64,000 bases of DNA from Blepharisma stoltei ATCC 30299. Lineage: Eukaryota; Protista; Ciliophora. The translations under genes and the position numbers were made by a program. Below the pieces are notes generated by a model. The model saw only the letters and a program-made list of their open reading frames with translations, was not told where the DNA came from and made no database searches. The stretch lies in the NCBI GenBank assembly GCA_965603825.1, contig CBFDEM010000044.1, positions 558,001 to 622,000 of the forward strand. The letters are read 5' to 3'. Shown here in pieces: positions 46,777 through 57,533 of this stretch. Positions within the stretch are counted from its first letter, which is position 1. Each line of letters starts with the position of its first letter.

Positions 46777-48874
46777 CTACACATATTGATATTTATGCCT
46801 TTTTGGCTTATATAGCATATGTGATAATGCTAAAAATGCTTCATCTTTTATTGAGGTGTCCAATGAATTTTCTTGTGATTCTGGCTTTGTGCTTTCAAAT
46901 GATTTATCCATTTTTACTCTTCCCATAGGTCTTCCTTTGGCGTTTTTTATTTGAAAATTCATCCCAGAATCGCGTGGCCTTTCCCCTAAAAATGCAATAA
47001 TTTGTCTGGGTGCAGGGGATTCTGTATAAGAATTACGAGCCCTCACAATGGTCCTTTTGGATTTTCAGCCTAAGTCTGGTTTTTCTTTTTTCTCCTTTAG
47101 AACAGGCTGAAAAACGGTTTGGATTTGTTTATGCTCGCTTTCAAGCTGCAAAATTCTTTTTTCTAGCTCTTCTCTTTCCTGCTTAAGCTTCATTATTTCT
47201 ATTGACCCTTTTTCATTTTCTCTATCTTTTATCCCAGACTCTACGTTTTCTACTCTTTCTTGTAGCTCTTGATTTTCATTTTGTAGCTAAATAAAATTTA
47301 CATGTGAGATTTCTGATTCTTGGTTTTTGTTGATAGATTCAAGCTCACGGATTTCTTCGTTAAGTCGACGATTTTTGTCCATTTCGTCGCGGATCATTTT
47401 TACGCTTTCATGAAGTTTATTGCTTAATATTTCAGGTGTGTATATAAAACTTGAATGCATTTCAGAGTCTCTAGACCTAACAGGGGCTGTTGGAGGGGAA
47501 ATTGGGAGGGAATGAGATGTTTGGGCCCTATTTGACTGTGCAGACTCAAGATTACTTCTCAGCGCATGTATCCTCTGCATGTGGTTTGACCTCATCGGCA
47601 AATTTTCCATCTCTTTAAGCTTCACTGCTTGTTCCCCTTTTTCCAAAATTGCAAGCTCCGATAGCAAATCAATCTGCTGATACGCTTCAGAAAGCTCATT
47701 TTTTAGCTCTTTTATTTCTTTCTACATCACAATTACCCTTAATCTCTTCACAAGTTTGGACTTTGGGTCAATATTCTTCACAGGGTCATTAGAAATTCCT
47801 ATCGCTTTACTTGCATATGCCAATGTGCTTAAATTTTCTTCATAATAATTATCAGACGCTGCCAAACAAGCGACCATTAAGCAGAAGCTGTTCCCTCCTA
47901 TGCTTTGCTTTAGCAAACTTGTCAATTTAGAATCTCTATAAGGCACATGAGCCCCATCCCCTTCTTTTATATTAGAAAGTGTAGTAATGACCTGCCTCAG
48001 CGTAAACAAAGATTTATTTATTTCAATGCTTTCTTTTAAAGCTAAGCCTTCATTTCCAGTCAACGATACCCTTTCACTACCTGCTAAATCGACCAGCTGT
48101 AATTTACTTGTCAAAATTCCTCCAGATTCAGTATCTACAGCTTCTATTGTCAGCGACAATAAACAATGGGACCGAGAACTTGTAGAATTCAAGTTATGGG
48201 CAGCCATTATTTTGTTTTTTAAGCCTGCATGATAATGAGAGAGCACTTCTTGTGGGCTATAGCATGGATGCACACACAAATTTTCGACATAAAATTCTTC
48301 TTGTTTATTTCACCTTAATTTCAAGCCTAAATTTCCAGCTTTTAACTGTGCAGGGTTTAATAAATCATAAATTTTTTCTTTGTAGATCTGAATAAACGTG
48401 CAATAAACTGTATGTTCTACATGTGAAGGGGCAGCTTGTATTTCATTAAATAAAGCTTTTATTATTCTTGGGGTAATTCCTATATTTTCATCATTCTGCT
48501 TATGAATTTACTTTGATTATTGGTTTAAGCGAATTATCATATTGGTAACCTTCCATTGTGAACGTTTTGCCAGACCCTGTTTGCCCATAGGCAAAAATTG
48601 TGGCATTAAAGCCTTCAATAACTTTTTTAATTAAAAGCTCGAGATTGCATTTTTCAAAGACTTCGTCTTGTGATACAGTTTCATCCAGGATTTGGTCAAA
48701 TTGAAATCGTTTATATTGCCTCATGTCGGGTGAAGATAATCTTGATAGCGATTACGTTATTTGCTGATTTAGAAGATCACAGTTTATACGAGAATTTATG
48801 TGGCCTGATGAAATCTCGTCAGGTAAAAGGGGACGTAGCCGTATAACAACGCCAATATGAGTAGTTGTTTCCAT
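46777..48874 (-). CDS. N-terminal-motor kinesin with coiled-coil tail; 4 micro-introns, 2 TGA=Trp
   Basis: VIRLRP, FQFD, FAYGQTGSGKT, GITPR, NSTSSRSH, LVDLAGSER, HVPYRDSKLT are all recovered after removing introns 48741-48755, 48496-48511, 47722-47736 and 47287-47301. Confidence 0.93.
47287..47301 (-). other. 15-nt intron GTAAATTTTATTTAG
   Basis: GT-AG, A at -6, removes in-frame TAG. Confidence 0.87.
47722..47736 (-). other. 15-nt intron GTAATTGTGATGTAG
   Basis: GT-AG, A at -6, removes in-frame TAG; neck coil continues KRLR|KEIKELK. Confidence 0.9.
48496..48511 (-). other. 16-nt intron GTAAATTCATAAGCAG
   Basis: Required frame change restores the kinesin GITPR motif; A at -6. Confidence 0.9.
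48741..48755 (-). other. 15-nt intron GTAATCGCTATCAAG
   Basis: Removes in-frame TAA between the VIRLRP and FQFD motifs; A at -6. Confidence 0.9.
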
Positions 48875-48911
48875 TTTATGAATTTATGAATAAAATATTT
48901 TAATTTTCAGG

Positions 48912-49526
48912 CTACCCGCAGCAACCTCCAGTCTTTGCAATTGAAGTTCCTGAGGTAACACGTGTTGAGGTGGGAGCGTAACTGGTGCTTGTGGGTCTGG
49001 TGGCGGAGACTGTTGATAGGATTTTTTTGGACATATTTTCGAAGGCTTGTTTGACATTCTGAGAGCTTTTTGCTGAAGTTTCTATATAATCCATCCCAAG
49101 TCTTTCTGCAAGTTGTTGAGCTTCGTCTTGCTTCACTTGTCTTTGATGAGATAAATCACTTTTGTTTCCGATCAAAAGCTTCGGGACTGAGCTCTGCAAA
49201 TAGCCTTGAGCTTCTTCATGCCAACGTGTAATATTTTGGAAGCTGGTAGGATTTGTAATATCATACATAAGCATTATACCTTGAGCTCCTCTATAATAGG
49301 AAGCAACAATATTTCTAAATCTATCTTGTCCAGCTGTATCCCAGAGCTGAAGTTTGATGACTTTTCCATTTACATTTAGATTCGCTATTTTGAAGTCAAC
49401 CCCTATTGTTGTCTGGAATTCTGGGCTGTACATGTCGTCTACAAATCTTAAAAGCACTGAAGTTTTGCCAACTGAACTGTCACCGATAATTAAAATCTTG
49501 AAAAGGTGATCGTATTCTTGATCCAT
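48912..49526 (-). CDS. Rab1/Ypt1-like small GTPase
   Basis: EYDHLFKILIIGDSSVGKT, TIGVDF, WDTAGQ, NKSD, ETSAK and C-terminal GGCCG prenylation motif. Start at MDQEYD. Confidence 0.93.
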   Translation of the reverse strand: MDQEYDHLFKILIIGDSSVGKTSVLLRFVDDMYSPEFQTTIGVDFKIANLNVNGKVIKLQLWDTAGQDRFRNIVASYYRGAQGIMLMYDITNPTSFQNITRWHEEAQGYLQSSVPKLLIGNKSDLSHQRQVKQDEAQQLAERLGMDYIETSAKSSQNVKQAFENMSKKILSTVSATRPTSTSYAPTSTRVTSGTSIAKTGGCCG

Positions 49527-49797
49527 ATTATCTCCTAACAGATTATAAGGAAAATACCAATTTATATTTATGAGGAAAATGTTGATGACAAAATGCATTT
49601 CTTGATTTCCGAGACGTTAAAGCAAATTAACAAAATCACAATTGCTTTACCTGGTAATAAATGGAATCTTTAAATGGAATATAATATCGTATTAAAAGTA
49701 AAATATCAAAATACAAATATTGTTATAAATTAATAATAAAACAATAATTTATGAAATGAAATTGATATAGGATATATCCTATTGTAAGTAAAATATA

Positions 49798-51603
49798 TTA
49801 GTTAGAAGGGTGAATTATGTTCATATCTAGTTCTGCAAAATGTTTCTTTGCACTCACCTCAGTAGCTTCTTCTTCCAATATCCTTACTGTGCTATCATAT
49901 AGCTCACTTGCTTCTTCCGGAGAATTAGCAATAGCTACAAAGCCAAAATTCCCAAATTCCGAAATGGTCGAAAACAAGTGAAAAACGACTCCAGTCAAAT
50001 TTTCCGAGTCAAATTGCAAGTCGGGATGAGAATTTATAAAATCAATGAAACAAGTAGGGGTTAATCCTGTATATACATCATTTTGTATCGCATCAGTGGC
50101 TACATAATATTTATTTTGGTCATCACATCCCACTAAAACTCCATCCTGCGACAGTTCAGCACTCGTTAAATACTTCGCAGTCATCATAGGATGTGATGTG
50201 CCACCCCATCTGACGTTAATTTCAATAGCAAAAATCGTATAGCCTTCATTTTCCTTCTTAACTACAAAATCAATTGCAAACCTCTCTCTGCATCCTTTTT
50301 CAGCCAAAACTTTTCCAATTTTAAATGCATTTTCTATCAAAATAGTCCGATATTCAGGCTTTGCTGGGAAAATGCAGCCTTTATAAATCATCCCATCAAG
50401 CATTTGTTCATGAGTGGACAAAATCTCCACAACACCTTTTGGATTTATTATGGCTTGGCATGAAGGTGAGGAAATTGCATCATCTACCCACACTTCAACA
50501 ATAACTCCATGGACTTTTACTTTTTCGACAAAGCTTTCCCAGTCTTCCCCTTCACATGTGAATTCTAAATGCTGGCTTAAAGCTACCTTAATAGACTCCA
50601 ATAAATTGTTTTTATCAAAATATTTAGTCTTAATAATTGAATTTCCTCGCCCAGAAAACCCAACATCAAGCTTAACTATAAATTGAGAAATTTCATAGTT
50701 TTCTTCAGTGTAAATTTTCGCAATTGTTTGAGATAATTCTTCAATTGAATAAAGTAAGCTGCTGCCTTTAGGAAATAGCACCCCAGACCTCTCAAAAACT
50801 TCTCTGCTACCACTTTTTGTACCCCAGTAGCTTAATGAAGGGTCGTTTGCAAATAAAGGGACTCCTAGCTCTAAGGCGAGCTTTCTTTCAAGATTAGAGC
50901 TTATATAGCAGCAGACATATGCTTTTTTGGGGTCAATGAAATTTTTAATTTTTTGCAATAATTTTGGCCTCCTCAGAAGTTTGGAAGAAAGAGGTGTGAG
51001 GCAGCTATCATTGCAGCTTATTAATAAAAGTCGTTTTTTGGCTTCTTCGACAGTTATTAATGATGATTGCTCTAATAGAGCTAAATAATAATCAATAATC
51101 GACTTTTCAATTGGCATACTAGTGGCGTATACCAATTTTAACTTGGGATTAACTAAATAAAATAAATAGCATAGCAGCCTTTCTTCATAATTCAAAGCTC
51201 CAGGCACTTTTTCAAGTTCAGTTCTTGGCAGAGATAGAGATGGTACAACGATAACATCTTCAGATTCCCTCGTTCTCATGGCCCAGCTTAGCTTTCTACT
51301 CACTTCATGATTTTCCAATAGATCTATCATAGTTGCCCTAGAAGGAGTTCTAGGAACTTTCCCATTATTATCTTCAGGATTTACCTCAAGTTTTGACTCT
51401 TCAGACTTCTTTACAGACTGTGGATTATTTCTCTGACTTTGGGTTGGTCTCCATCTGATTAAAGACCCACAACTGAGGACAAAAAGAGCTGTGTTGATTG
51501 ATAGCCACATTGTAGTTGAGACAAGCTGCAAAGCGATTTTGCCGCCTGATTTTATGAGTGTGTAAAGGTCTTGATATTGACGCGATAAATCGTTTTCTGA
51601 CAT
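49798..51603 (-). CDS. ATP-grasp peptide-ligase PGM1-related protein (bacterial type) with N-terminal extension
   Basis: VVPSLSL...YEERLL, IIDYYL.LL, RPKLL, YWGTKSGSR.VF, GFSGRGN, STHEQML.G..YKGC.FPA, RFAIDF, AIEINVRWGGTSHP, GVVFHL...SEFG.FG. These follow, as recalled, the cyanobacterial/actinobacterial 'peptide ligase PGM1-related' family. Confidence 0.8.
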   Translation of the reverse strand: MSENDLSRQYQDLYTLIKSGGKIALQLVSTTMWLSINTALFVLSCGSLIRWRPTQSQRNNPQSVKKSEESKLEVNPEDNNGKVPRTPSRATMIDLLENHEVSRKLSWAMRTRESEDVIVVPSLSLPRTELEKVPGALNYEERLLCYLFYLVNPKLKLVYATSMPIEKSIIDYYLALLEQSSLITVEEAKKRLLLISCNDSCLTPLSSKLLRRPKLLQKIKNFIDPKKAYVCCYISSNLERKLALELGVPLFANDPSLSYWGTKSGSREVFERSGVLFPKGSSLLYSIEELSQTIAKIYTEENYEISQFIVKLDVGFSGRGNSIIKTKYFDKNNLLESIKVALSQHLEFTCEGEDWESFVEKVKVHGVIVEVWVDDAISSPSCQAIINPKGVVEILSTHEQMLDGMIYKGCIFPAKPEYRTILIENAFKIGKVLAEKGCRERFAIDFVVKKENEGYTIFAIEINVRWGGTSHPMMTAKYLTSAELSQDGVLVGCDDQNKYYVATDAIQNDVYTGLTPTCFIDFINSHPDLQFDSENLTGVVFHLFSTISEFGNFGFVAIANSPEEASELYDSTVRILEEEATEVSAKKHFAELDMNIIHPSN

Positions 51604-52067
51604 TTTATTGATAAAGTTTGGTGAATAAAAAAAAATATACAGAATTATAATAAAAATTAACTGATTTCTAAAATAAGTTTATTATGCATTTATTATGGTT
51701 AGAAAATTGGATTTTAGGCGTTAATTCTGCAAATAAAAAATAGAAAATTAAAAAATGAATCGGCAATCGGCAAAGTTTTTAAGTTCATAAGGATTCCTGA
51801 AAAATGAGCCCTGATAGAATTTCCCAAAGTTTTTACTTAAATTTGCACTAAAAATAATTAAAAAGGGCTAGGTTAGGTTTTTCGTTTATTATTTTTATCA
51901 TAAAGAAATTAATATGAAACTTTTTAGCTTATTTTGAATCAGAAAAATAAATACTTTTATAAAAAGATATATATATAGTTTATAGATAATTAATTACTTT
52001 TTTATTAAAATTGCTCAGAGTAATATTATTAACAATATCTAATTATAGCTAATACGAAATAACTTAA

Positions 52068-52976
52068 TTATGCCCCGCTTTCCAGAGTAGATTTCAAAGT
52101 TTCTAACTTTGTTATATCCTTCAACATAGCAGCCTTAGCCTTTTCATGCTCTTGCACTTCTCTTTGCATGCTTTGGAAAGTTTCCTCAGACTCTATCAAC
52201 CTTTTTTTCACTTCTTGGCTGTCTTTTTGTATTTGCCTTAATTGTTTTGCTTTACCGTCCATATCTTTTTTAAAGTTTCCGAACTGTTCATTGCTATTAA
52301 CTAAGCTCTCCTGAAATTCCTCAAACCTAGCTTTATACTCTTCTAATTGCTTTCTCATTTCATTTTCCTCCTCAGTTGGCGGGGCTTCCAATTGTGATTT
52401 ATATTCCTCAAGCATTTTGGTTTTTGTTTCTAATTCCCCTTTGAATTTTTCATCTTGCTTTTCTACATGTTCAATCAATTCTTTAAGTTTTTCTCTTAAT
52501 AGCTCATGATATTGGAGCAATTGAACTCTTTCTTGGTTATTTTGTTCCAATTTCTGCGAAATCTCAGTTATGGAAATTTGGAAATTCTGACTGAGGGATA
52601 TTCTTTTCTGTTTTTCTTCTTCTGCGATTTTTCTGCTTTCATCTATAATTTGCCTATTTTGCGCTTGCAATTCATGGCAGAAATTCTCAAGTTTTTTTCT
52701 CAGCTGTTTTTCTTTTTGCAAATCATTTTTAATCCTCTCATTTTCTTCAGTTTCTATCTCCAAGTTTTCCCTTGAGGCCAACAATTCGATTTCCCACTTT
52801 CCAGCTTCTTGGATTTCTTTTAATAACCTTTCTCCTAGCACTTTAATGCGCTGCTCTGGATCTTGGTACCCGTCTGCCAGTTTTTTTATGTCCGTTTGGG
52901 CTTTTTTCTGGAGTTTTTCTAGCTATTTCTTACTGAATTTCCTTTGGTCTTCTATGGACACTAAATTAGGCCTCAT
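52068..52976 (-). CDS. Taxilin-family coiled-coil protein; intron 52919-52933
   Basis: KLENFCHELQAQN and QLEEYKARFEEFQESLVNSNEQF..FKKDMD match taxilin. The 15-nt intron links ATG 52976. Confidence 0.85.
52919..52933 (-). other. 15-nt intron GTAAGAAATAGCTAG
   Basis: GT-AG, A at -6, removes in-frame TAG; supplies the only nearby ATG. Confidence 0.85.
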
Positions 52977-52984
52977 ATTTAATT

Positions 52985-54481
52985 TTAATTAAAGGTAAAT
53001 TGGCAGCGAATTAAATATCGCAGTTTTATTTGTCCTATGTCGTAGACTATATATTCGTTATAGCGGAGCTCTGATTGGGCTGCTTGAGGATTTTCTTTTA
53101 AGTTTCCTGTATAAAGGGACACTCCGGGATAAACTTCGAATTCGTCTGTAGGGCTGGTGCGGCCAACTCCTAAAACACTGTGACAAGGAGAAGGAGGGCG
53201 CTTAAAGGATTTTGCTTTTAGGACTTGATGAGAGTTGCCGAGGGCTACTTCACAAAGGAGGAGGATGCCTTCAGGAGAGCTTGGACTTGCGTTACAGTAC
53301 ATCGCTGATTTTGATGATAAATCAGCAAGATAAATCCCTTTTCCGAACATATAGCCGCTGGAAGGGGCTTCTTTTGGAGCGATTCGTAGACCTTGTGATA
53401 GAATACCAACAATGTTGGTAATTCTAGAGCCATGCCATAATAGTTTTTTATTAGGAAGTCTTGAAAAAGACCAATATCTTGCAGACTCATTTTCTCTATC
53501 AATTTCAAAAGCCTGCACCACTTCCATACGGAAATTATGCGACGGCGCATGTGTACTATCAATCCATCCTTGCAAAGTCCCTTTAAACTCATTAGAAACC
53601 GCACTTATTCTGCATTTTAATTGTGAATAATACACATCTAAAGGATTTCTCGTCTCCAAAAGCTTCAAACTTCTCATAGATAGCGAATTTGCAATCTCTA
53701 AGTCTAAAAGTGTATCTAAAAGTGCCAATTTTTCTTTTACTTTTGGGACACGATTAATTGGTGGCGGTCTTTTCATGCCAAAATTCTGAGGAATATTCGT
53801 ATAAAAATCATTGGTCAGTTCTAAAATTTTAGATTCCCTGTTACTTGTCGTCAAAACTTGGTAAATTTCTCTTAAAATTTTGTAACCTTTTTGTATTTGG
53901 GATTTACTTAATTGGCCTAAAGGGCATTGCTCAGGGTCTAAATTTAATTCTCTCATGGTTCTTTTCATACGATCAAAATCCCATATAAATTCCATTAAAT
54001 TAGCAACCTCTGTATCACATTCAATAGGAAAACTTTTCGCTTTTTCTACTAATTCACGGCGCTTTTTCTCAAATCTTATATGAGATTCTAATTTTTTATT
54101 ATCAGATTGCACGTCCACAAGGACGTATTTTCCTTCTGCACGATTAAATTCAGTTCCCCATTCATTTTTTGTTTTTTGGTGGAACTTTTTTTTGAATTCT
54201 ATAATAGCTTCTGCTTTAGAAGAGCAAGGACTTAAAGAAGACGCAGGGTTAGGAGCTCCAACTCTTCCCCACTTTGCCCAGAAATAAAACCCATTATCTT
54301 CTATAACCATAATTTGGTAAAACTTATTGTGGCCTTTTACCCCATAAGACACATCTGTAAGATTTAGCATTGCTGAATAAGGCTCCACTACTTTTGGGTT
54401 TGGCAAACCAGTTTCGATTGATAAAGATCTATTTACAGCTGCAGGAGCTGGCGGCTCTATTTCCATTTCTGTTCCCGCCAT
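52985..54481 (-). CDS. Poly(ADP-ribose) polymerase, PARP2/3-like (WGR + regulatory + catalytic)
   Basis: NKFYQI...WGRVG (WGR), PLGQLSK.QI, LWHGSR, GYMFGKGIY.AD, YNEYIVY (H-Y-E triad). Confidence 0.95.
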   Translation of the reverse strand: MAGTEMEIEPPAPAAVNRSLSIETGLPNPKVVEPYSAMLNLTDVSYGVKGHNKFYQIMVIEDNGFYFWAKWGRVGAPNPASSLSPCSSKAEAIIEFKKKFHQKTKNEWGTEFNRAEGKYVLVDVQSDNKKLESHIRFEKKRRELVEKAKSFPIECDTEVANLMEFIWDFDRMKRTMRELNLDPEQCPLGQLSKSQIQKGYKILREIYQVLTTSNRESKILELTNDFYTNIPQNFGMKRPPPINRVPKVKEKLALLDTLLDLEIANSLSMRSLKLLETRNPLDVYYSQLKCRISAVSNEFKGTLQGWIDSTHAPSHNFRMEVVQAFEIDRENESARYWSFSRLPNKKLLWHGSRITNIVGILSQGLRIAPKEAPSSGYMFGKGIYLADLSSKSAMYCNASPSSPEGILLLCEVALGNSHQVLKAKSFKRPPSPCHSVLGVGRTSPTDEFEVYPGVSLYTGNLKENPQAAQSELRYNEYIVYDIGQIKLRYLIRCQFTFN

Positions 54482-54519
54482 TATGAATATTTATTATAAA
54501 ACTTATTTAACCTATTGAT

Positions 54520-57435
54520 TTATTGCATTTCATTATTATTTTCAATCTCCGCATCCTTTATTTTCTTTATTTTTCGTGGTTTTGGCTCATCATTGTTTTC
54601 TTTTGATCTTTTTGAAGGAACTTTTTGGTTTTCGCCGTTATTATTTTCTTTTTCTTCATACTCTTTTTCTAACAATTTAATAAGGCTGTCTACTCTTCTC
54701 TGCAAATCACTTGTAGTTCTTGATCTTAGCATATAATCAAATCTTAACAGTGGAGACCTTCTTAAGCAAGCTTTAAGCTCTTCTCAGTTTCCATACCCAA
54801 CTGTTTTAGTCATACAGACTAAAATTCTGTCATTGTCTTCTGTGTACAGCTTTGATTTGTGAGAAGGCAGGACGTGGAATTTTAGCTCTTTTCAAGGTTC
54901 TTTATATTGTGAGTATTTTTGATCTAAAAGCTTTTGGGAATTTTTGTGTTTTTCGACCATGCTTTGTCTTTTCTCAAAAAGTTTGAGGATTTTTTCTTTT
55001 TCTTCAAGCTCATCTAGCCGTTGCCAAAAGACTTCTGAATAAGATTTGACTTCTTCCATTGTTTTGCTTCCCATAACTTCCGATATCAATGCATATTCTT
55101 CTTTTCCATATAATTCGCAGCCTTTTAAAAATGAATAATATTCTTTTCGGTTCCACTCAAATCCAGTCGCTAAAAGTTTTTCTAATTCTTGTTTTTCTTC
55201 GTCATTAATTTCTTTAAAAAACTCTTTTTTCTGCAAATCAATCAGCCTTTCTCTATTTTGGCAGAATCTATAATCTGGGACTGGCTTAAACTCTTTGCCT
55301 TTATTTCCTTGTAAAATTTCTAATTTTGGCTCAGTGTTATATAATTTTCTTTCTCTTCTAGCTTTATAATCATCTAAAATTTTATCTTGCATTAATAGTT
55401 CAATAGCTGCTTTAGAGTCTTCTTTTCTCTTTTTTGAATAATCTACACTTTCGAAATTTCACATATCGATTTTTGACTCAAAATCGACCAAATTCATTTT
55501 TTTCTTATCAAGCTGGTTTTCTAGGTCTTGGTCAATTTTTTGCAAATGTTGCTCTCCTCGCTGTAAAATTGCTACAAGATCTTCTTCTGTTATGTCAGAA
55601 TTTTCTTCAGTCGCGTTAAAAATTTGATCTGCTCCATAGTGAAGCATTTCTCTAAGTTCTTCTTTTTGAAGTGGAGCATTTTTTGGAGCAAGCCTTCCAG
55701 TTTGAATTATAAGGGAATCAAGTTTAAGACGAAGGCATTGTCGCTCTATTATCCTCTCTTCAAGGCTGTCTTTTATCACCAGCCTATACACATTAACCTG
55801 TTTTTTCTGTCCGATACGATGGGCACGGTCCATAGCCTGCAAATCTGTTTGTGGATTCCAATCAGAATCATACAAAATCACTGTATCTGCAGAAACTAAG
55901 TTTATACCTAAGCCTCCTGCTCTAGTTGATAAAAGAAAAATAAAATATTCTGAGCCTGGCATATTAAATTTCTCGATCATTTGTTCTCTTTCGTATATAT
56001 CTGTTGAGCCATCTAGTCTGCAGTAAAAATAGCCTTTATATGAGCAATAATCTTCTATTATGTCTAGCATCATTGTCATCTGTGAAAAAATCAAAACTTG
56101 TGAGCCATTTTCTTTTAATTTTAATAAAAGTCTGTCTAATAGTTTCATTTTTCCTGAATGAGCAACTAGTCCTTCGAAATAATTTGTGGTATTTTGATCT
56201 TCAATGCCTGGGAAAAGGAAGGGGTGATTGCAGACTTTTTTAAGCTGCATGACGACGTTTAAATAGTGGCTTTTACTGTCTAGCTTCACTAGTTCATTTG
56301 TTAATATTTTTTTATATAAATCTCTTTGTAGTGCAGTCATATTCAATGCTACCAAGATTTCTTTTTTAGCTGGAATTCCTTTTTCTACTTCAGATTTCGT
56401 TCTTCTTAATATAAAAGGCTTAAGTATTTTGTGAAGCTGCTGGACCATTTTTACATTTTTATTCTCGATTTCTTCAGTTTTGAGACCTTCTTCGGTGCCT
56501 AGATTAAACCATTCATCGAATTCTGATGATGAAGAAAACAAGTCTGGGAGCAAAAAGTTCATTAAGCTTCAAAGCTCATGCAAATTATTCTGTAATGGAG
56601 TTCCTGTAATTAAAATACGATGGTCACTATGCAGCTGTCTCAAAAGTTGAGCAAGATTGGATTCATCGTTTTTTATTTTATGAGCTTCGTCAATAATAAG
56701 GAATTTCCACTTGTATTTTTTCAGATAATTTTGGCAAATAAAGATCCCTTCATATGAAGTAACACAGATGTCAAATTTTCCGGGAATAAGCTCATTTTTT
56801 AGTATTTCTTCACGATATGGCTTAGCAGCAATTAATTTTACAGTGCGAAATGATGGGCACCATTTAGAAAATTCAATAATCCAATTTCCTAGGGTTGACT
56901 TCGGGACAACTATAAGATGTGGGCCATCTATTTTTTCTATTTCTTTAAGATATGCTAAGAAGCCAATAGCTTGAACTGTTTTCCCAAGACCCATTTCATC
57001 AGCAAGGATTCCATTTATCCCAGCTTTAAATAAGCTAATTAGCCAGTTTATCCCATCTATTTGATATTGGCGCAACTGGCCATTTTTTATTATGGAAGGC
57101 TGAGTACTTATTCTAATAACGCGCTGCTGCTTACTCATATCAGCCATATACAGATTATCTGGTGTTTTATGAGATTTTTTTCTTTTTGTGGTATCCTCAC
57201 AAGCTTCAGATGTTTCTTCATCATTATAAAATAGAAAATTGGCATATTTTTCAGCTTGCTGTAATAAGTAGCTAAGATTTTCTTGGCAGTCTTTATGGTG
57301 CTCTTTAAACTCTTTTATATCTGTTATGAGGTTTTTCTTTAAATTTTGCCTGCTTTCCTTATAGTCTGAGCTCGAAAATGATGCATTAGAATCTGAGCTG
57401 CTGTCTTCAATATTTTCTATAGGCAAATCCTCCAT
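54520..57435 (-). CDS. ISWI: ISWI/SNF2-family chromatin-remodelling ATPase with SANT/SLIDE, 971 aa, 4 TGA=Trp
   Basis: GILADEMGLGKT, DEAH, TGTPLQNNLHEL[TGA]SLMNFLLP, STRAGGLGIN, QAMDRAHRIGQ; SLIDE GYGN[TGA]EELK...RFDY.LRSRT..DLQRR. Confidence 0.95.
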
Positions 57436-57533
57436 TTATACGAAGGGGGGTTTTAATTAATTATTTGCATCTAAAATTGAAGATTTATATGAAAAACTAT
57501 TAAAAACACAGAAATTCAGAGATTTTCTATTAA

